From: an uncultured Gammaproteobacteria bacterium
GTDB taxonomy: Bacteria; Pseudomonadota; Gammaproteobacteria; QNFN01
DNA: 59,605 nucleotides
Direction of reading: 5' to 3'
Assembly: GCA_964195335.1 (NCBI GenBank)
Contig: CAXMPC010000052.1
Span: forward strand, 1 to 59,605
A program made the translations under genes and the position numbers. The notes beneath the pieces were generated by a model. The model saw nothing but the letters and a program-made list of their open reading frames with translations. It made no database searches and was not told the origin of the DNA. Shown one piece after another: positions 18,548 through 35,668 of the stretch. Position 1 is the stretch's first letter; each line of letters opens with the position of its first letter.

Positions 18548-19528
18548 TCACTCCGCGTCGAGGTCGAGCAGGGCGGCGACGAACTCGTGGCCGTCGAACG
18601 GGCGCAGGTCCTCGGCCTGTTCGCCGATGCCGATGAAGCGGATCGGCACCCCGAGTTCGCGCGCGATCGCCAGCACGATGCCGCCCTTGGCGGTGCCGTC
18701 GAGCTTGGTCAGGGTGATGCTACTGAGACCGACGGCCTCGTTGAATTGCCGGGCCTGGACCAGGGCGTTCTGGCCGGTGCCGGCGTCGACGATCAACATC
18801 ACCTCGTGTGGTGCCGCCGGGTCGAGCTTGCGCAACACCCGCACCACCTTCTTCAGCTCCTCCATCAGGTTCGCCTGGGTGTGCAGGCGTCCGGCGGTAT
18901 CGGCGATCAGGACATCGACGTCACGTGCCCGTGCCGCCTGCAGGGCATCGAAGATCACCGAGGCGCTGTCGGCCCCGGTCTGTTGGGCGATCACCGGCAC
19001 GTCGTGGCGCCCGCCCCAGGCCTGCAACTGCTCCACGGCAGCAGCGCGGAAGGTGTCGCCGGCGGCGAGCATCACCGAGTGGCCCTCGGCCTGCAGCCGA
19101 CGGGCGAGCTTGCCGATGGTGGTGGTCTTGCCGGCGCCGTTGACGCCGACCATCAGCACAACGCAGGTGCTGCCGTCCGCGGTGGCAACCTCCAGCGGTC
19201 GGGTGACAGGGTCGAGGATCGCCTCCATCTCCTTGCGCAGGGCGTCGAGCAGTTCCTCGCCGTGGGTCAGCTGGTGGCGCTTGAGCCGGGCGGTCAGGTC
19301 GGCGATGATCTGGCGCGTCGCGTCGATACCGACGTCGGCCAGCAGCAGGCGGGTCTCGAGTTCCTCGAGCAGGTCGTCATCGATCTGCCGGCCGCTGAAC
19401 AGGTCGGCGAGGCCGTCGGTCAGGCCACTGCGGGTCTTGCCCAGACGCTCGCGCAGCCGAGCGAACAGGCCGCGACGGGGCGGTTCGGGTGTTTTGGGCG
19501 GGGACGGCTTGTCCTTGAAACCAAACAT
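18548..19528 (-). CDS. ftsY: Signal recognition particle receptor FtsY
   Basis: GVNGAGKTTT, DTFRAAA, DTAGR, TKLDGTAKGG; start taken at ATG 19528. Confidence 0.97.
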   Translation of the reverse strand: MFGFKDKPSPPKTPEPPRRGLFARLRERLGKTRSGLTDGLADLFSGRQIDDDLLEELETRLLLADVGIDATRQIIADLTARLKRHQLTHGEELLDALRKEMEAILDPVTRPLEVATADGSTCVVLMVGVNGAGKTTTIGKLARRLQAEGHSVMLAAGDTFRAAAVEQLQAWGGRHDVPVIAQQTGADSASVIFDALQAARARDVDVLIADTAGRLHTQANLMEELKKVVRVLRKLDPAAPHEVMLIVDAGTGQNALVQARQFNEAVGLSSITLTKLDGTAKGGIVLAIARELGVPIRFIGIGEQAEDLRPFDGHEFVAALLDLDAE

Positions 19529-19660
19529 CGGCGTGACTGTCTTAACTGGCGCTGCCGGTGGCCGGCGCGGTTCCCGTCGGGGCCCGCGGAGCCGGTATCC
19601 TAGCACCCCCGCCAGCGCCCGGTAAGCGTGGCGGTACCTCATCCAACGTAGGAGTGGAGC

Positions 19661-21064
19661 ATGCTCGCACGGATCGCCTTGCTGGCCCTGGGTCTTCTCC
19701 CGGCCGGACTCGTCGCTGCAACCAAAGTGCACGAGTTCAACCTCGACAACGGGCTACGGCTGCTGGTCCAGGAGGATCACCGGGCCCCGGTGGTGGTCTC
19801 GCAGGTCTGGTACAAGGTCGGTTCGAGCTACGAACACGACGGCATCACCGGCGCCTCCCACGTGCTCGAGCACATGATGTTCAAGGGGACGGAGAAGGTG
19901 CCTACCGGCGAGTTCTCACGCCGTATCGCCGAACTTGGTGGCCGCGAGAACGCCTTCACCAGCCGCGACTACACTGCCTACTTCCAGACCCTGGAGCGCT
20001 CGCGACTGGAGACCGCCTTCGAACTCGAGGCCGACCGCATGCGCGGCCTGCTGCTCGACCCCGAGGAGTTCGCCAAGGAGGTTCGCGTGGTCATGGAGGA
20101 GCGCCGGCTGCGCACCGAGGACAGCCCGACCTCGCTCACCTACGAACGCTTCAACGCCACCGCCTTCCTGACCAGCCCGATTCGCAATCCGGTGATCGGC
20201 TGGATGGACGACCTCGAGAGCCTGCGCGTCGAGGATCTGCAGACCTGGTACCGGCAGTGGTACGCGCCCAACAACGCCACCCTCGTGGTGGTCGGCGATG
20301 TCGACCCGGAGGCGGTCCATGCCCTGGTACAGAAGCATTTCGGCCCGCTTGAGCCGAGCGTGATCGTGCCGCCCAAGCCTCGTCCTGAGATCGACCAGCG
20401 GGGCACGCGACGGTTGACCGTGCGCCTGCCCGCCGAACTGCCCTACCTGGTCATGGGCTACAAGGTGCCGGTGCTGGGTACGGCCGAAGAGAGCGACGAC
20501 GCCTACGCGCTGGAGGTACTCGCCGGGGTGCTCGACGGCGGCAACAGTGCCCGCCTGGCCCGCGACCTGGTGCGTGGCAGCGCCATCGCTGCCAGTGCCG
20601 GCGCTGGCTACTCGCTGCACGGGCGGCTGCCGGGACTGTTCCTGCTCGACGGTACGCCGGCCAATGGCCACGACGTCGCCACGCTGGAGCAGGCACTGCG
20701 CGACCAGGTCCGGCGCCTGCAGGAGGAGCCGGTGACCGCCGACGAGTTGGCGCGGATCAAGGCCCAGGTGGTCGCGGGCAAGGTCTACGAGCGTGATTCG
20801 GTCTTCTACCAGGCGATGCAGATCGGCACCCTGGAGACCGTCGGACTCGGCTGGGAGCAACTCGACGCCTACGTCGAGAGAGTCAACGCGGTGTCCCCGG
20901 AGCAGTTGCAGCAGGCGGCGCGGAAGTATTTCGACGACGACACCCTCACGGTCGCGGTCCTCGAGCCGCTGCCGATCGTCGTCGAGACAGAGGAAGGAAG
21001 TGGTCAGACCGACGAGATTGTCGAGGCCGATGAGACCAAGGAGGAGCGTTCCGATGCTCAGTAA
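19661..21064 (+). CDS. M16 zinc peptidase, catalytic subunit
   Basis: Signal peptide, HVLEHMMFKGT (HxxEH), NAFTS. Confidence 0.93.
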   Translation: MLARIALLALGLLPAGLVAATKVHEFNLDNGLRLLVQEDHRAPVVVSQVWYKVGSSYEHDGITGASHVLEHMMFKGTEKVPTGEFSRRIAELGGRENAFTSRDYTAYFQTLERSRLETAFELEADRMRGLLLDPEEFAKEVRVVMEERRLRTEDSPTSLTYERFNATAFLTSPIRNPVIGWMDDLESLRVEDLQTWYRQWYAPNNATLVVVGDVDPEAVHALVQKHFGPLEPSVIVPPKPRPEIDQRGTRRLTVRLPAELPYLVMGYKVPVLGTAEESDDAYALEVLAGVLDGGNSARLARDLVRGSAIAASAGAGYSLHGRLPGLFLLDGTPANGHDVATLEQALRDQVRRLQEEPVTADELARIKAQVVAGKVYERDSVFYQAMQIGTLETVGLGWEQLDAYVERVNAVSPEQLQQAARKYFDDDTLTVAVLEPLPIVVETEEGSGQTDEIVEADETKEERSDAQ

Positions 21065-22385
21065 GACACAGACCCTGCTGCGCACCCTGCTCGCCGCGCT
21101 GGCCCTGTTCATGGCGGCCCCGCTGGCCGCTGCCCCTGACATCCAGGAGTGGACGACACCGAACGGGGCGCGGGTGCTGTTCATTGCCGCCGACGCTCTA
21201 CCAATGATCGATATCCAGGTGGTGTTCGACGCCGGCAGTGCCCGCGACGGCACCCGCTACGGCGTCGCCCAGCTGACCAGCGAACTGCTTGGCGAGGGGG
21301 CGGGAACGCTCGACGCCGACGCCATCGCCGCGACCTTCGAGGGGCTCGGGGCACGCTTCGGGTACAACGCCGAGCGGGACATGGCAGCGGTCACGCTGCG
21401 CAGCCTGACCGACCCGGCTCTGCTCGACCCGGCACTCGAACTGCTCGAGACCGTCCTCGGGCAGCCGACCTTCCCGGCAGATGCGCTCGAGCGGCTGCGC
21501 GGCCAGATGCAGATCGCCCTGCAGGCAGAGCAGCAGTCTCCGGGGGCGCTGGCGCGGAAGGCGTTCTACCGCGCCCTGTACGATGACCACCCCTACGGCA
21601 ATCCGCCCAACGGCACCCCGGCCAGCCTGGCGGCCCTGACCCGTGACGACGTGGTGGCCTACTTCGAGCAATATTACGTGGCGCGCAATGCGCTGGTCGC
21701 AATCGTCGGCGATCTCGACCGGGCCGCTGCCGAGGCGATCGCCGAGCGGGTCACCTCCGGTCTTGCCGCGGGGGAGGCGGCCGCCGACCTGCCACCGGTA
21801 CCGAAGCTGCTGGTCCCGATCAGTGTCCACGTCGACCATCCATCTGCACAGACCCACATTATGGTCGGCCAGCCCGGTATCCGGCGTGGCGATCCCGACT
21901 ACTTCGCCCTCTACCTGGGTAACCACTCGTTCGGCGGCAGCGGACTGGTGTCGCGCCTGAGCCAGGAGGTGCGCGAGGAGCGCGGACTGGCCTACAGCGT
22001 GTCGAGCTACTTCATGCCGATGCGCCAGGCCGGTCCGTTCCAGGTGCTGTTGCAGACCCGCAGTGACCAGGCGGCCGAGGCGTTGGCACTGGTCGACGAC
22101 AATCTCCAGCGCTACGTTGCCGAAGGGCCGACCGACGAGGAGTTCGCCTTCTCCCGGCGCAACGTCACCGGCGGCTTCCCGATGCGCATCGACAGCAACG
22201 GCAAGCTGGTCGGCTACCTCGGCATGATCGGTTTCTACGGCCTGCCGCTCGACTATCTCGACCGCTTCATCGAGCGCATCGAAGCGGTCGATCGGGAGCA
22301 GGTCGCCGAGGCCCTCGAGCGCCGGGTCGATCCCGCGAGGATGGTGACCGTGACTGTCGGCCCGCGTAACCCGCGCGGCGGCTGA
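21054..22385 (+). CDS. M16 peptidase, non-catalytic partner subunit
   Basis: [24 protein letters not shown]; no HxxEH motif. Confidence 0.9.
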   Translation: MLSKTQTLLRTLLAALALFMAAPLAAAPDIQEWTTPNGARVLFIAADALPMIDIQVVFDAGSARDGTRYGVAQLTSELLGEGAGTLDADAIAATFEGLGARFGYNAERDMAAVTLRSLTDPALLDPALELLETVLGQPTFPADALERLRGQMQIALQAEQQSPGALARKAFYRALYDDHPYGNPPNGTPASLAALTRDDVVAYFEQYYVARNALVAIVGDLDRAAAEAIAERVTSGLAAGEAAADLPPVPKLLVPISVHVDHPSAQTHIMVGQPGIRRGDPDYFALYLGNHSFGGSGLVSRLSQEVREERGLAYSVSSYFMPMRQAGPFQVLLQTRSDQAAEALALVDDNLQRYVAEGPTDEEFAFSRRNVTGGFPMRIDSNGKLVGYLGMIGFYGLPLDYLDRFIERIEAVDREQVAEALERRVDPARMVTVTVGPRNPRGG

Positions 22386-22591
22386 GCCGGGGCCGGCGTT
22401 TGCCGGCAAAGTACCCTCGACGATATACTGTGCGGCCTTTTGCCCGCGAGTGGCAGGCCCCATGCAGGGCGCCTGGTCAACCGGCGCAAGCACAATTCCA
22501 GGGGATTACGCGCCGCCGTGTTGGTCACGGTGTGCCGCCGGGCGGCCGCAACGCTACGGGCCCGCCGCGCCGTGATCTCGAGGCGAGAAGT

Positions 22592-28494
<5,903 letters not shown>

Positions 28495-28523
28495 ACCACC
28501 CGTCAAGGAAAGAGAACCACACC

Positions 28524-29615
28524 ATGGCCGACCTGCAAAACGACCGTTTCCTGCGTGCCCTGCTGCGCCAGCCGGTGGATGTCACCCCGGTCTGGATGAT
28601 GCGCCAGGCCGGCCGTTACCTGCCCGAGTACCGTGCCACGCGGGCCAAGGCCGGTGACTTCATGACGCTGTGCAAGAACCCCGACCTGGCGTGCGAGGTG
28701 ACCATGCAGCCGCTCGAGCGCTACCCGCTCGATGCCGCGATCCTCTTTTCCGACATCCTCACCATCCCCGACGCCATGGGCCTGGGCCTGAGCTTCGAGG
28801 CGGGTGAGGGGCCACGGTTCGCGCGCCCGGTGCGCGATGCCGCCGCCGTGCGTGCCCTCGGCGTGCCCGATCCCGAGGGCGAATTGCGCTATGTCGTCGA
28901 CGCGGTGCGTACCATCCGTCGTGAGCTCGACGGTCGCGTGCCGCTGATCGGTTTCTCCGGCAGTCCGTGGACGCTGGCGACCTACATGGTCGAGGGCGGT
29001 TCGACCAAGGAGTACGCCAACATCAAGGGCATGCTCTACGGTGAGCCGGCGCTGCTCCATCAACTGCTCAGCACCGTCGCCGATGCCGTCACCGTCTACC
29101 TCAACGCCCAGATCGCCGCCGGTGCCCAGGCGGTGATGATTTTCGACACCTGGGGTGGCGTGCTGACACCGCGCGACTACCATGCCTTTTCCCTCGATTA
29201 CATGCGCCGCATCGTCGCCGGCCTGACTCGCGAGGCCGAGGGGCGCAAGGTGCCGGTGATCCTGTTCACCAAGGGCGGCGGCACCTGGCTCGAGGCCATG
29301 GCCGACACCGGGGCCGATGCCCTCGGCGTCGACTGGACGACCAACATCGGCGATGCCCGCCGCCGCGTCGGTGACCGCGTCGCCCTGCAGGGCAATATGG
29401 ATCCGAGCGTGCTCTACGCGCCGCCGGAACGGATCCGCGAGGAGGTCGCGACCATCCTCGAGGCGTTCGGGCCAGGCGATGGCCACGTCTTCAACCTAGG
29501 CCATGGCATCCACCAGCACGTCGACCCGGCCCACGCCGGCGCCTTCATCGAGGCGGTCCACGAGCTCAGCGTGCCGTACCACGACCCGGGCGACGACGCC
29601 GAACCGGTGCTCTGA
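28524..29615 (+). CDS. hemE: Uroporphyrinogen decarboxylase
   Basis: [30 protein letters not shown]. Confidence 0.98.
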   Translation: MADLQNDRFLRALLRQPVDVTPVWMMRQAGRYLPEYRATRAKAGDFMTLCKNPDLACEVTMQPLERYPLDAAILFSDILTIPDAMGLGLSFEAGEGPRFARPVRDAAAVRALGVPDPEGELRYVVDAVRTIRRELDGRVPLIGFSGSPWTLATYMVEGGSTKEYANIKGMLYGEPALLHQLLSTVADAVTVYLNAQIAAGAQAVMIFDTWGGVLTPRDYHAFSLDYMRRIVAGLTREAEGRKVPVILFTKGGGTWLEAMADTGADALGVDWTTNIGDARRRVGDRVALQGNMDPSVLYAPPERIREEVATILEAFGPGDGHVFNLGHGIHQHVDPAHAGAFIEAVHELSVPYHDPGDDAEPVL

Positions 29616-29676
29616 GCCGAACGACCGGGCCGCTCGCATCCCCGGTCGCGACGGGTCCGACGCTGGACCTCATCCC

Positions 29677-29793
29677 TGTAGGAGCGGCCCCCAGGCCGCG
29701 ATCAGCATCCGGTTCGACCGTTCCGTCCATCGGCCCGTGGGTGGCCTCCTACATGAAGCCCATCCTTGCAGGTGCGGCCTCCAGGCCGCGATC
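29677..29793. repeat. GTAG-type REP cluster (three units, alternating orientation)
   Basis: tGTAGgagcggcccccaggccgcgat (29677), inverted tGTAGgaggccacccacgggccg (ending 29753) and degenerate tGCAGgtgcggcctccaggccgcgat (29767), between convergent genes. Confidence 0.75.
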
Positions 29794-29796
29794 CCG

Positions 29797-30471
29797 TCAA
29801 CGCTCGGCCGGATCACCCCTGAGCGGGGCGGCGAGCCGATCGAAATCGCGCGGCGCCACGTACTGCAGCACCTCTTTCCCATCGTCGTTGACGACGATGT
29901 CGAGGCCGGTCGCAGGGTAGAGCCAATGGGTCACGCCCGAACCTTCGGCGATCTGCTCCACCGGTGGGCCGAAGCGCCACTCCAACGCTTCCGGGTCGAG
30001 GTTGATCGCCGGCAGGTAGGTGATGGTGGTGATCGGTGCTGCGCGCACCGCCGGCATGTCGACCGGGTTGATCTGTACCCGGTTCACCCCTTCGCGACCA
30101 CGCGCGATGCGCAGGCCACGGCCGTGGATCGCCTCGAGTTGTTCGCCGGGCAGGTCCAGCACCAGCACGAAGTCGGCCTTGAGTCCGCCGGGCCGGAGGT
30201 CGTCGAAGAACGCCTCCAGCACCAACCCGCCGTGCTCCGGCTGGAACAGCGTCACCTTGGCCTCGCTACCGAGGCGCTGTTCGGCCTCGGTTAGCGTGGC
30301 CACCCCGAGTTCGAGGCCGAAGGCATGGCTGCCGCCACGACCGTCGAGTTGCACCTCCCACGGGTGAGTCGCCGTGCGTTCGTCTCCAGATCGCTCCGGC
30401 GGACGCAGCAACAGCATCACCCCGGTCAGTATCACCGCGATGATGAATACGCGGAGCAGCATGCGGTTCAT
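29797..30471 (-). CDS. Hypothetical membrane-anchored protein
   Basis: N-terminal TM helix, host-like codon usage, 4-bp overlap with dtd. Confidence 0.75.
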   Translation of the reverse strand: MNRMLLRVFIIAVILTGVMLLLRPPERSGDERTATHPWEVQLDGRGGSHAFGLELGVATLTEAEQRLGSEAKVTLFQPEHGGLVLEAFFDDLRPGGLKADFVLVLDLPGEQLEAIHGRGLRIARGREGVNRVQINPVDMPAVRAAPITTITYLPAINLDPEALEWRFGPPVEQIAEGSGVTHWLYPATGLDIVVNDDGKEVLQYVAPRDFDRLAAPLRGDPAER

Positions 30472-30914
30472 CGAGGCGTCACCTGTAGCCAGAAGGTGAC
30501 CGGGCCGTCGTTGACCAGCTGCACCTGCATGTCGGCACCGAAGCGGCCGGTGGCCACCTCGGCGTGGACCTCACGCGCCAGCGCGACGAAGTGCCCGAAC
30601 AGCCGCTCGCCTTCCTCGGGCGGGGCCGCCGGGGTGAAGCTTGCGCGCGTGCCCTTGTTGGTGTCGGCGGCCAGCGTGAACTGCGGCACCACCAGCAGTC
30701 CGCCGCCGGTATCGGCCAGCGAGCGGTTCATCCGGCCGTCTGCGTCTCCGAACACACGATAGCCTAGGACGCGCTCGACCAGCCGTGCCACCTCGGCTTC
30801 GCCGTCACCGCGCTCGACCCCGAGCAGCACCAGCACGCCCGCGTCGATGGCGCCGACGGTCATACCGGCCACGCTGACACGGGCCTCGCTGACCCGCTGT
30901 AGCAGGGCGATCAC
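30468..30914 (-). CDS. dtd: D-aminoacyl-tRNA deacylase
   Basis: [31 protein letters not shown]; GTG start at 30914. Confidence 0.96.
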   Translation of the reverse strand: MIALLQRVSEARVSVAGMTVGAIDAGVLVLLGVERGDGEAEVARLVERVLGYRVFGDADGRMNRSLADTGGGLLVVPQFTLAADTNKGTRASFTPAAPPEEGERLFGHFVALAREVHAEVATGRFGADMQVQLVNDGPVTFWLQVTPR

Positions 30915-31250
30915 GATGTGGACGACGGGTTGGCCTGGGACATGAGGGGATTGGGCCACCGGCGGCCGGGTCGATCAAGTCCAGTGGCGGTGCGTGGGGC
31001 CGTGCATGACAGGTGAGATAGCAAGGTGACGTCGACTGAATTGTCGAAGCGAGTTGTGAATCCAGGCTCGAATGGCGCCTGCCCCTCGGGAACGGCAGTA
31101 GCCTCTTCGCGGCAATATTCAGCTTCACATGGCGTACTGCCGATAGGGGAAGAGGGGAATTCAGATCTTCAAGGCTTCCATGAGCGCCTCGCGGGGAGGG
31201 CGCATCGACTAACCTTGGGCCACTCCTATTGACTATCCAGCGGAGCGCCC

Positions 31251-31793
31251 ATGAACATCCAGGATTTCACAGTCGACTCTCTCGACGGCCGCCCCGTGGG
31301 TCTCGCCGACTACGCTGGCAAGCTGCTGCTGGTCGTCAACCTTGCCAGCAAGTGCGGCTTTACGCCGCAGTACACCGGGCTGGAGGCGCTCTACCGCAAG
31401 TACCACGGCCAGGGGCTGGAGGTGCTCGGCTTTCCGTGCGACCAGTTCGCGCACCAGGAACCGGGTGACGCCGACGCCATCCGTGAGTTCTGCTCGACCA
31501 CCTACGACGTCACCTTCCCGCTGTTCGCCAAGATCGACGTCAACGGCGATGATGCCAACCCGCTTTACCGCCACCTGCGCACGGAGCAGCCGGGTGCGCT
31601 CGACGCCGACACCCCGGGCGGCGAGCAACTCCACGGAATACTGCTGAAGCACTTCCCGGAACTGCTCGAGGGCGACGCCGTACGCTGGAACTTCACCAAG
31701 TTCCTGGTCGCCCGGGACGGCACGGTTCTGGCGCGCTACCAGCCGTTCGTCACGCCGGAGGCGCTTGACGCGGAGATTGCTGAGCGACTGTGA
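31251..31793 (+). CDS. Glutathione peroxidase (Cys-type)
   Basis: VNLASKCGFTPQY, LGFPCDQF, WNFTKFLV. Confidence 0.95.
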   Translation: MNIQDFTVDSLDGRPVGLADYAGKLLLVVNLASKCGFTPQYTGLEALYRKYHGQGLEVLGFPCDQFAHQEPGDADAIREFCSTTYDVTFPLFAKIDVNGDDANPLYRHLRTEQPGALDADTPGGEQLHGILLKHFPELLEGDAVRWNFTKFLVARDGTVLARYQPFVTPEALDAEIAERL

Positions 31794-31926
31794 GGCCGAA
31801 CCAAGCCCGGCCGTCTTGTCGGTCTCGAGCGTGGTGCTGTTCTTCTGCGCCCCCGGCTCCGACTTCCATTACCGGCCACACGCTCTATGCGACAGGGCAT
31901 CACGGCAAGCCAGTAGGAGGTCGGCC

Positions 31927-32232
31927 ATGGATGACTGGGTAACCACCGGCAAGTTTCCGCCACCGATCGACAAGGGGCTGGTGACCAGGGACTGGGGCGA
32001 GAGAGGTTATTCCTGCGACACCTTCGTCGACCCACCGGGTCGTGAATGGAATGATTTCGTCCATGCGACCAACGAACTGGTGACTGTTGTCGAGGGTCGC
32101 CTGGAGATGGAAATCGAGGGCCGAACCTGGATCCTCGGCCCCGGGGACGAGGTATTCATTCCACGCCGGGCCGCCCATTCGGTACGCAATGTCCATGATG
32201 CAACCACGGTGTGGCTGTTTGGGTACGATTGA
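31927..32232 (+). CDS. Cupin domain protein
   Basis: HATNE...PGDEVFIP...HSVRN; AGGAGG RBS. Confidence 0.85.
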   Translation: MDDWVTTGKFPPPIDKGLVTRDWGERGYSCDTFVDPPGREWNDFVHATNELVTVVEGRLEMEIEGRTWILGPGDEVFIPRRAAHSVRNVHDATTVWLFGYD

Positions 32233-32295
32233 AGGCGTATCCATCCAGTACTCCCTGCGGTGCAGCCCGTATGCTGCCGCCTGGAGCGTAGGTAG

Positions 32296-32712
32296 ATGGT
32301 CATCACTCGGAAACGTGCGCGAGCCCTGGCTGCAGGCTCGATCGTCCTCGCCCTCGGTGTGCAGCTGTTCAACGACTTCGCCTGCTACGAGCGGGGGTTT
32401 CTCGAGGCCCTGTCGACGCTCTGGTTCCCGGCGATTCCGCTGTTCCCTGCGCTGATCGCCCTCGGTTCGGGCAACCCGTTGCGCGCGGTCGGTGGTTCGC
32501 TGGTGGCGATCGGCTTCTACTTGTTGGCGTTCTACACCGACTGCGTGGTGCCGTACTCCGGCGGTGGGGCGTCGATGGTCTACGTCGCCGTGGTGATGTA
32601 CGGCTTTCCTCTCGCCGTGGTCGCGGTTTTCGTTACCGAGCCGCTTTTGCGGTGGATGGGAATTGTCATCGAAGTTCCTCACAGGCCCGGGGAAGGAACG
32701 ACATCGGCATGA
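32296..32712 (+). CDS. Hypothetical protein with about four TM helices
   Basis: Hydrophobic segments; 4-bp overlap with next ORF. Confidence 0.7.
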   Translation: MVITRKRARALAAGSIVLALGVQLFNDFACYERGFLEALSTLWFPAIPLFPALIALGSGNPLRAVGGSLVAIGFYLLAFYTDCVVPYSGGGASMVYVAVVMYGFPLAVVAVFVTEPLLRWMGIVIEVPHRPGEGTTSA

Positions 32713-33068
32713 AAAATACACTTGCGCTGATTCTCGTGCTGCTCGTCGATCCAATTTCCGCCGGCCAGGGCGTCGACATTACCGAGCCGGACCGGGTCGC
32801 GGCACTAGGCGCTATCCAGCTGCAGCTGGACGCGATTTCAAATGAGGTCATGTCCTGCATGGATTCAGGCGAAGCGCACCCGGTCTGCCTGTGTCGGCAC
32901 CGGGAGGCCATCGTCCGGTTCAACGCCAGCGTCAAGAATATGGACGCCAGTTATCCTGATCTGAGCACGTTGGATGTCGTCCGTTTCCGGGAAGTTTCTG
33001 GCAGCTGGGTTTCCCAGAGTCTCGACGGATTGCGGCGACAAGCGGGTAGTACACCGAGTTGTCCGTAA
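32709..33068 (+). CDS. Hypothetical exported protein with four Cys
   Basis: MKNTLALILVLLV signal-like start; C..CLC..C; AAGGA RBS. Confidence 0.7.
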   Translation: MKNTLALILVLLVDPISAGQGVDITEPDRVAALGAIQLQLDAISNEVMSCMDSGEAHPVCLCRHREAIVRFNASVKNMDASYPDLSTLDVVRFREVSGSWVSQSLDGLRRQAGSTPSCP

Positions 33069-33396
33069 GAGGCCAAGTACCCTGGGTACAGATCTTCCGA
33101 TGCCTGGAATTCGAAACGCCGTAGATCAATTGCCACACGGTTTGTAGAACTTATACGACAGACAGCCCCAACTCCGGGTGATATCTCTATGCCCCGAAAA
33201 GAGATTTGTTGACCGGCTGCCGTCGGATTAGAACCACAATAAAGCCATGTGGCGGTATGCGGGGTCACCAGGGGTAGATAACAACAAGGGGTAAAGGGGC
33301 CATAAAGAGCCCCGAAGCCCGTACCATCACCCACCCGTCCTTTTGCGCATGTCGCCTGCATCGTACAGAGTGTCCCCGCAGTAACCAGGGGCAAAG

Positions 33397-34032
33397 ATGG
33401 ATCACCGGAAGACCCGCGGGCTCAACCCGTTATTGGCCATCTGGACCCGGCCGCGGGCGACCATTCAGCAGATCATCGACGACGATCCCGAGGGTTGGGT
33501 CCTAGCCCTTGCCGCCATTGCTGGCATCGGCCAGACGCTCAACGATGCCAGCACGCGTTCGTCCGGCGACAGTCTCGATCTGCCCAGCATTTTCATCATT
33601 GCCGTTATCGCTGGGCCGCTTTTGGGCATCCTAGGCCTCTATGCTGTCGGGGCGCTGCTGCGTTGGACCGGGCGCTGGATCGGCGGTCACGCCAGCCAGG
33701 TCGAGATCCGCTGTGCTTCGGCCTGGTCTCAGGTGCCGGCAATCTGGGCGATGCTGCTGTGGGTTCCAGAATTGTGGTTGTTCGGTTCGGAGATGTTCAC
33801 CGAGCAGACGCCACGCATCGACGCCGATCCGACGTTACAGGTAGTCCTTCTTGTGATCGTAATGATCGAGATCGTCATCACGATCTGGTCGATCGTGGTG
33901 TTCCTGGAATGCCTTGGCCAGGTGCAGGGCTTCTCGGCCTGGAAGGCGCTCGGCAACTCTATCCTGGCCGGGTTGGTGATCGTGGTGCCGATTGCGGCGG
34001 CCGTGTTCGCGGCGGTAATGGTGCTCGGGTGA
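33397..34032 (+). CDS. Yip1 family membrane protein
   Basis: IWTRPRATI, WTGRWIGG, AWSQVP, QGFSAWKA. Confidence 0.85.
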   Translation: MDHRKTRGLNPLLAIWTRPRATIQQIIDDDPEGWVLALAAIAGIGQTLNDASTRSSGDSLDLPSIFIIAVIAGPLLGILGLYAVGALLRWTGRWIGGHASQVEIRCASAWSQVPAIWAMLLWVPELWLFGSEMFTEQTPRIDADPTLQVVLLVIVMIEIVITIWSIVVFLECLGQVQGFSAWKALGNSILAGLVIVVPIAAAVFAAVMVLG

Positions 34033-34447
34033 GGTGTGTCACGATTGAGGGTATGGCTAATGTCAGGTGCGGTGGAATGTGCTTTCATTTTGAATGACCG
34101 CTTATGTTAAGTGTCAACATGTCGCATGCAAAAATCGACAACCTGACACCTATGTAGATGTTTTGCATCTAATTGAAAGCACCTCAAAATTAAAGTTTTA
34201 TAAATGACTGTGGTGAGGGCGGTCATTCGGATAATCTCAATGCACGCTCTCAAACATATCTTATCCAGCAAGCAACTCACGGTTTCCGCGATTTAATGGT
34301 CTTGTCATGGTAGTTGCTTTGTCTGCCGCCCCAATGCATAACCGTCCACGTCACAAAGGGCAATGAAGTTTGCAAGGAAATGGGGATATATTGCTCTAAC
34401 ACACGAACATCAATGCAGGTGACCTGAGTCGCCAGGAAGTAACAGAT

Positions 34448-34951
34448 ATGGACGAACATGAATATGCCGGATTCTGGATCAGGGTCGGCGCCTCGATCAT
34501 CGACTCGATCCTGATCATGCTCGTGATCGCGCCGCTTCTCACGGCGATCTACGGGTCGGAATACTGGATGAACGAGGCGTTGTTCGTCGGTCCCTTGGAC
34601 TTCATCATCAACTACGTCCTGCCCGCGATTGCCATAGTCATTTTCTGGGTCTACAAGTCCGCGACGCCTGGAAAAATGGCAACCCGTCTCACCATCGTCG
34701 ACGCCAAGACCGGCGGCAAGCCGTCCACCGGCCAGTTCATCGGGCGCTACTTCGGCTATTACGTGTCGACGATTCCGCTGCTGCTAGGCCTTATCTGGGT
34801 CGGTATCGACAAGCGCAAGCAAGGATGGCACGACAAGCTGGCCGGCACAGTCGTGATAAGGAACAAGCGGCCCGAACCCGTCGTTTTCGACAAATCTGAA
34901 CCGAAACAGGAAGCGATCGCTGGCGATCATGAGCCAGGGCGCGCCGGCTGA
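34448..34951 (+). CDS. RDD family protein
   Basis: YAGFWIRVGASIID, ATPGK, KQGWHDKLAGTVV. Confidence 0.93.
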   Translation: MDEHEYAGFWIRVGASIIDSILIMLVIAPLLTAIYGSEYWMNEALFVGPLDFIINYVLPAIAIVIFWVYKSATPGKMATRLTIVDAKTGGKPSTGQFIGRYFGYYVSTIPLLLGLIWVGIDKRKQGWHDKLAGTVVIRNKRPEPVVFDKSEPKQEAIAGDHEPGRAG

Positions 34952-34969
34952 CCTTTCGGAACGTTTCCG

Positions 34970-35302
34970 ATGAACCACCTGCTCGTTCCGCTCAGTGCCC
35001 TGCTGGTGCTTTGCGTGCCTGTGCTCGCGTTCGCCTGGCAGTACCGCAAGGTACGGCGTGGCACCCGTTCCCGCCTCAAGGCGACACTGCTCTACGCCAT
35101 CTTCTCGGCCGTTCCGGTGCTGTTGTATGTCGGCGTGTTCCTGGTGCTGGTCGGTGTCGAGGAACTGACCGGCTCAGCCCTGATCGGCGAGGCGTACGCG
35201 CGGTCCCTGGTGATCGTGGCCATAGGTGGGCTGGGAGTGGTGGCGATCGGGTCGCTGCTGTTCGCCGTCGTGGCGGCACTGACCCGCCCCAGGATCGGCT
35301 GA
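34970..35302 (+). CDS. Hypothetical protein with three TM helices
   Basis: Three hydrophobic segments, host-like codon usage. Confidence 0.7.
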   Translation: MNHLLVPLSALLVLCVPVLAFAWQYRKVRRGTRSRLKATLLYAIFSAVPVLLYVGVFLVLVGVEELTGSALIGEAYARSLVIVAIGGLGVVAIGSLLFAVVAALTRPRIG

Positions 35303-35327
35303 ACCAGGGCGTGCTTCAGCGGCGGCT

Positions 35328-35516
35328 CTAGCCAAAAAACTCGCCGATCGTGGCGATCAACCCGACCATCATCAACGCAAGGGCGATGATGCCCAGCCGC
35401 GCGATGAATTCGCTGTAGGCCAGGCGAGCGAGCCACGGTCTTCGGGACACGCCCTTGATCCAGAACAGGCCGACCAGGCAAGCGAACAGGCCGATGCCGA
35501 TCAACAGGACGATCAT
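35328..35516 (-). CDS. Small hypothetical protein with two TM helices
   Basis: MIVLLIGIGLFACLVGLFW...LGIIALALMMVGLIATIGEFFG. Confidence 0.6.
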   Translation of the reverse strand: MIVLLIGIGLFACLVGLFWIKGVSRRPWLARLAYSEFIARLGIIALALMMVGLIATIGEFFG

Positions 35517-35668
35517 TGCGCTACGACAAGGTTGTTCATGCAGAATTGGACCGGCTACCGCGCCACATCCCAAGGTAACCCGTTGCGGACTTTTCATGTA
35601 GTCCCCGGAGGGTGGACTCACTCCTTGCCGGGTCTGTTCTATGGTGATCCTGAAAAGGAGATCGCTTC

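Noticed and set aside
21054-22385. M16 subunit lacking HxxEH as a pseudoenzyme
   Set aside because: This is normal for heterodimeric M16B peptidase pairs found next to ftsY
31251-31793. Selenocysteine in the glutathione peroxidase
   Set aside because: The active-site codon is TGC (Cys); there is no in-frame TGA
34160-34182. gttttgcatctaattgaaagc resembles the ATTGAAA(C/G) end of CRISPR repeats
   Set aside because: Single copy, no regular spacers and no cas genes
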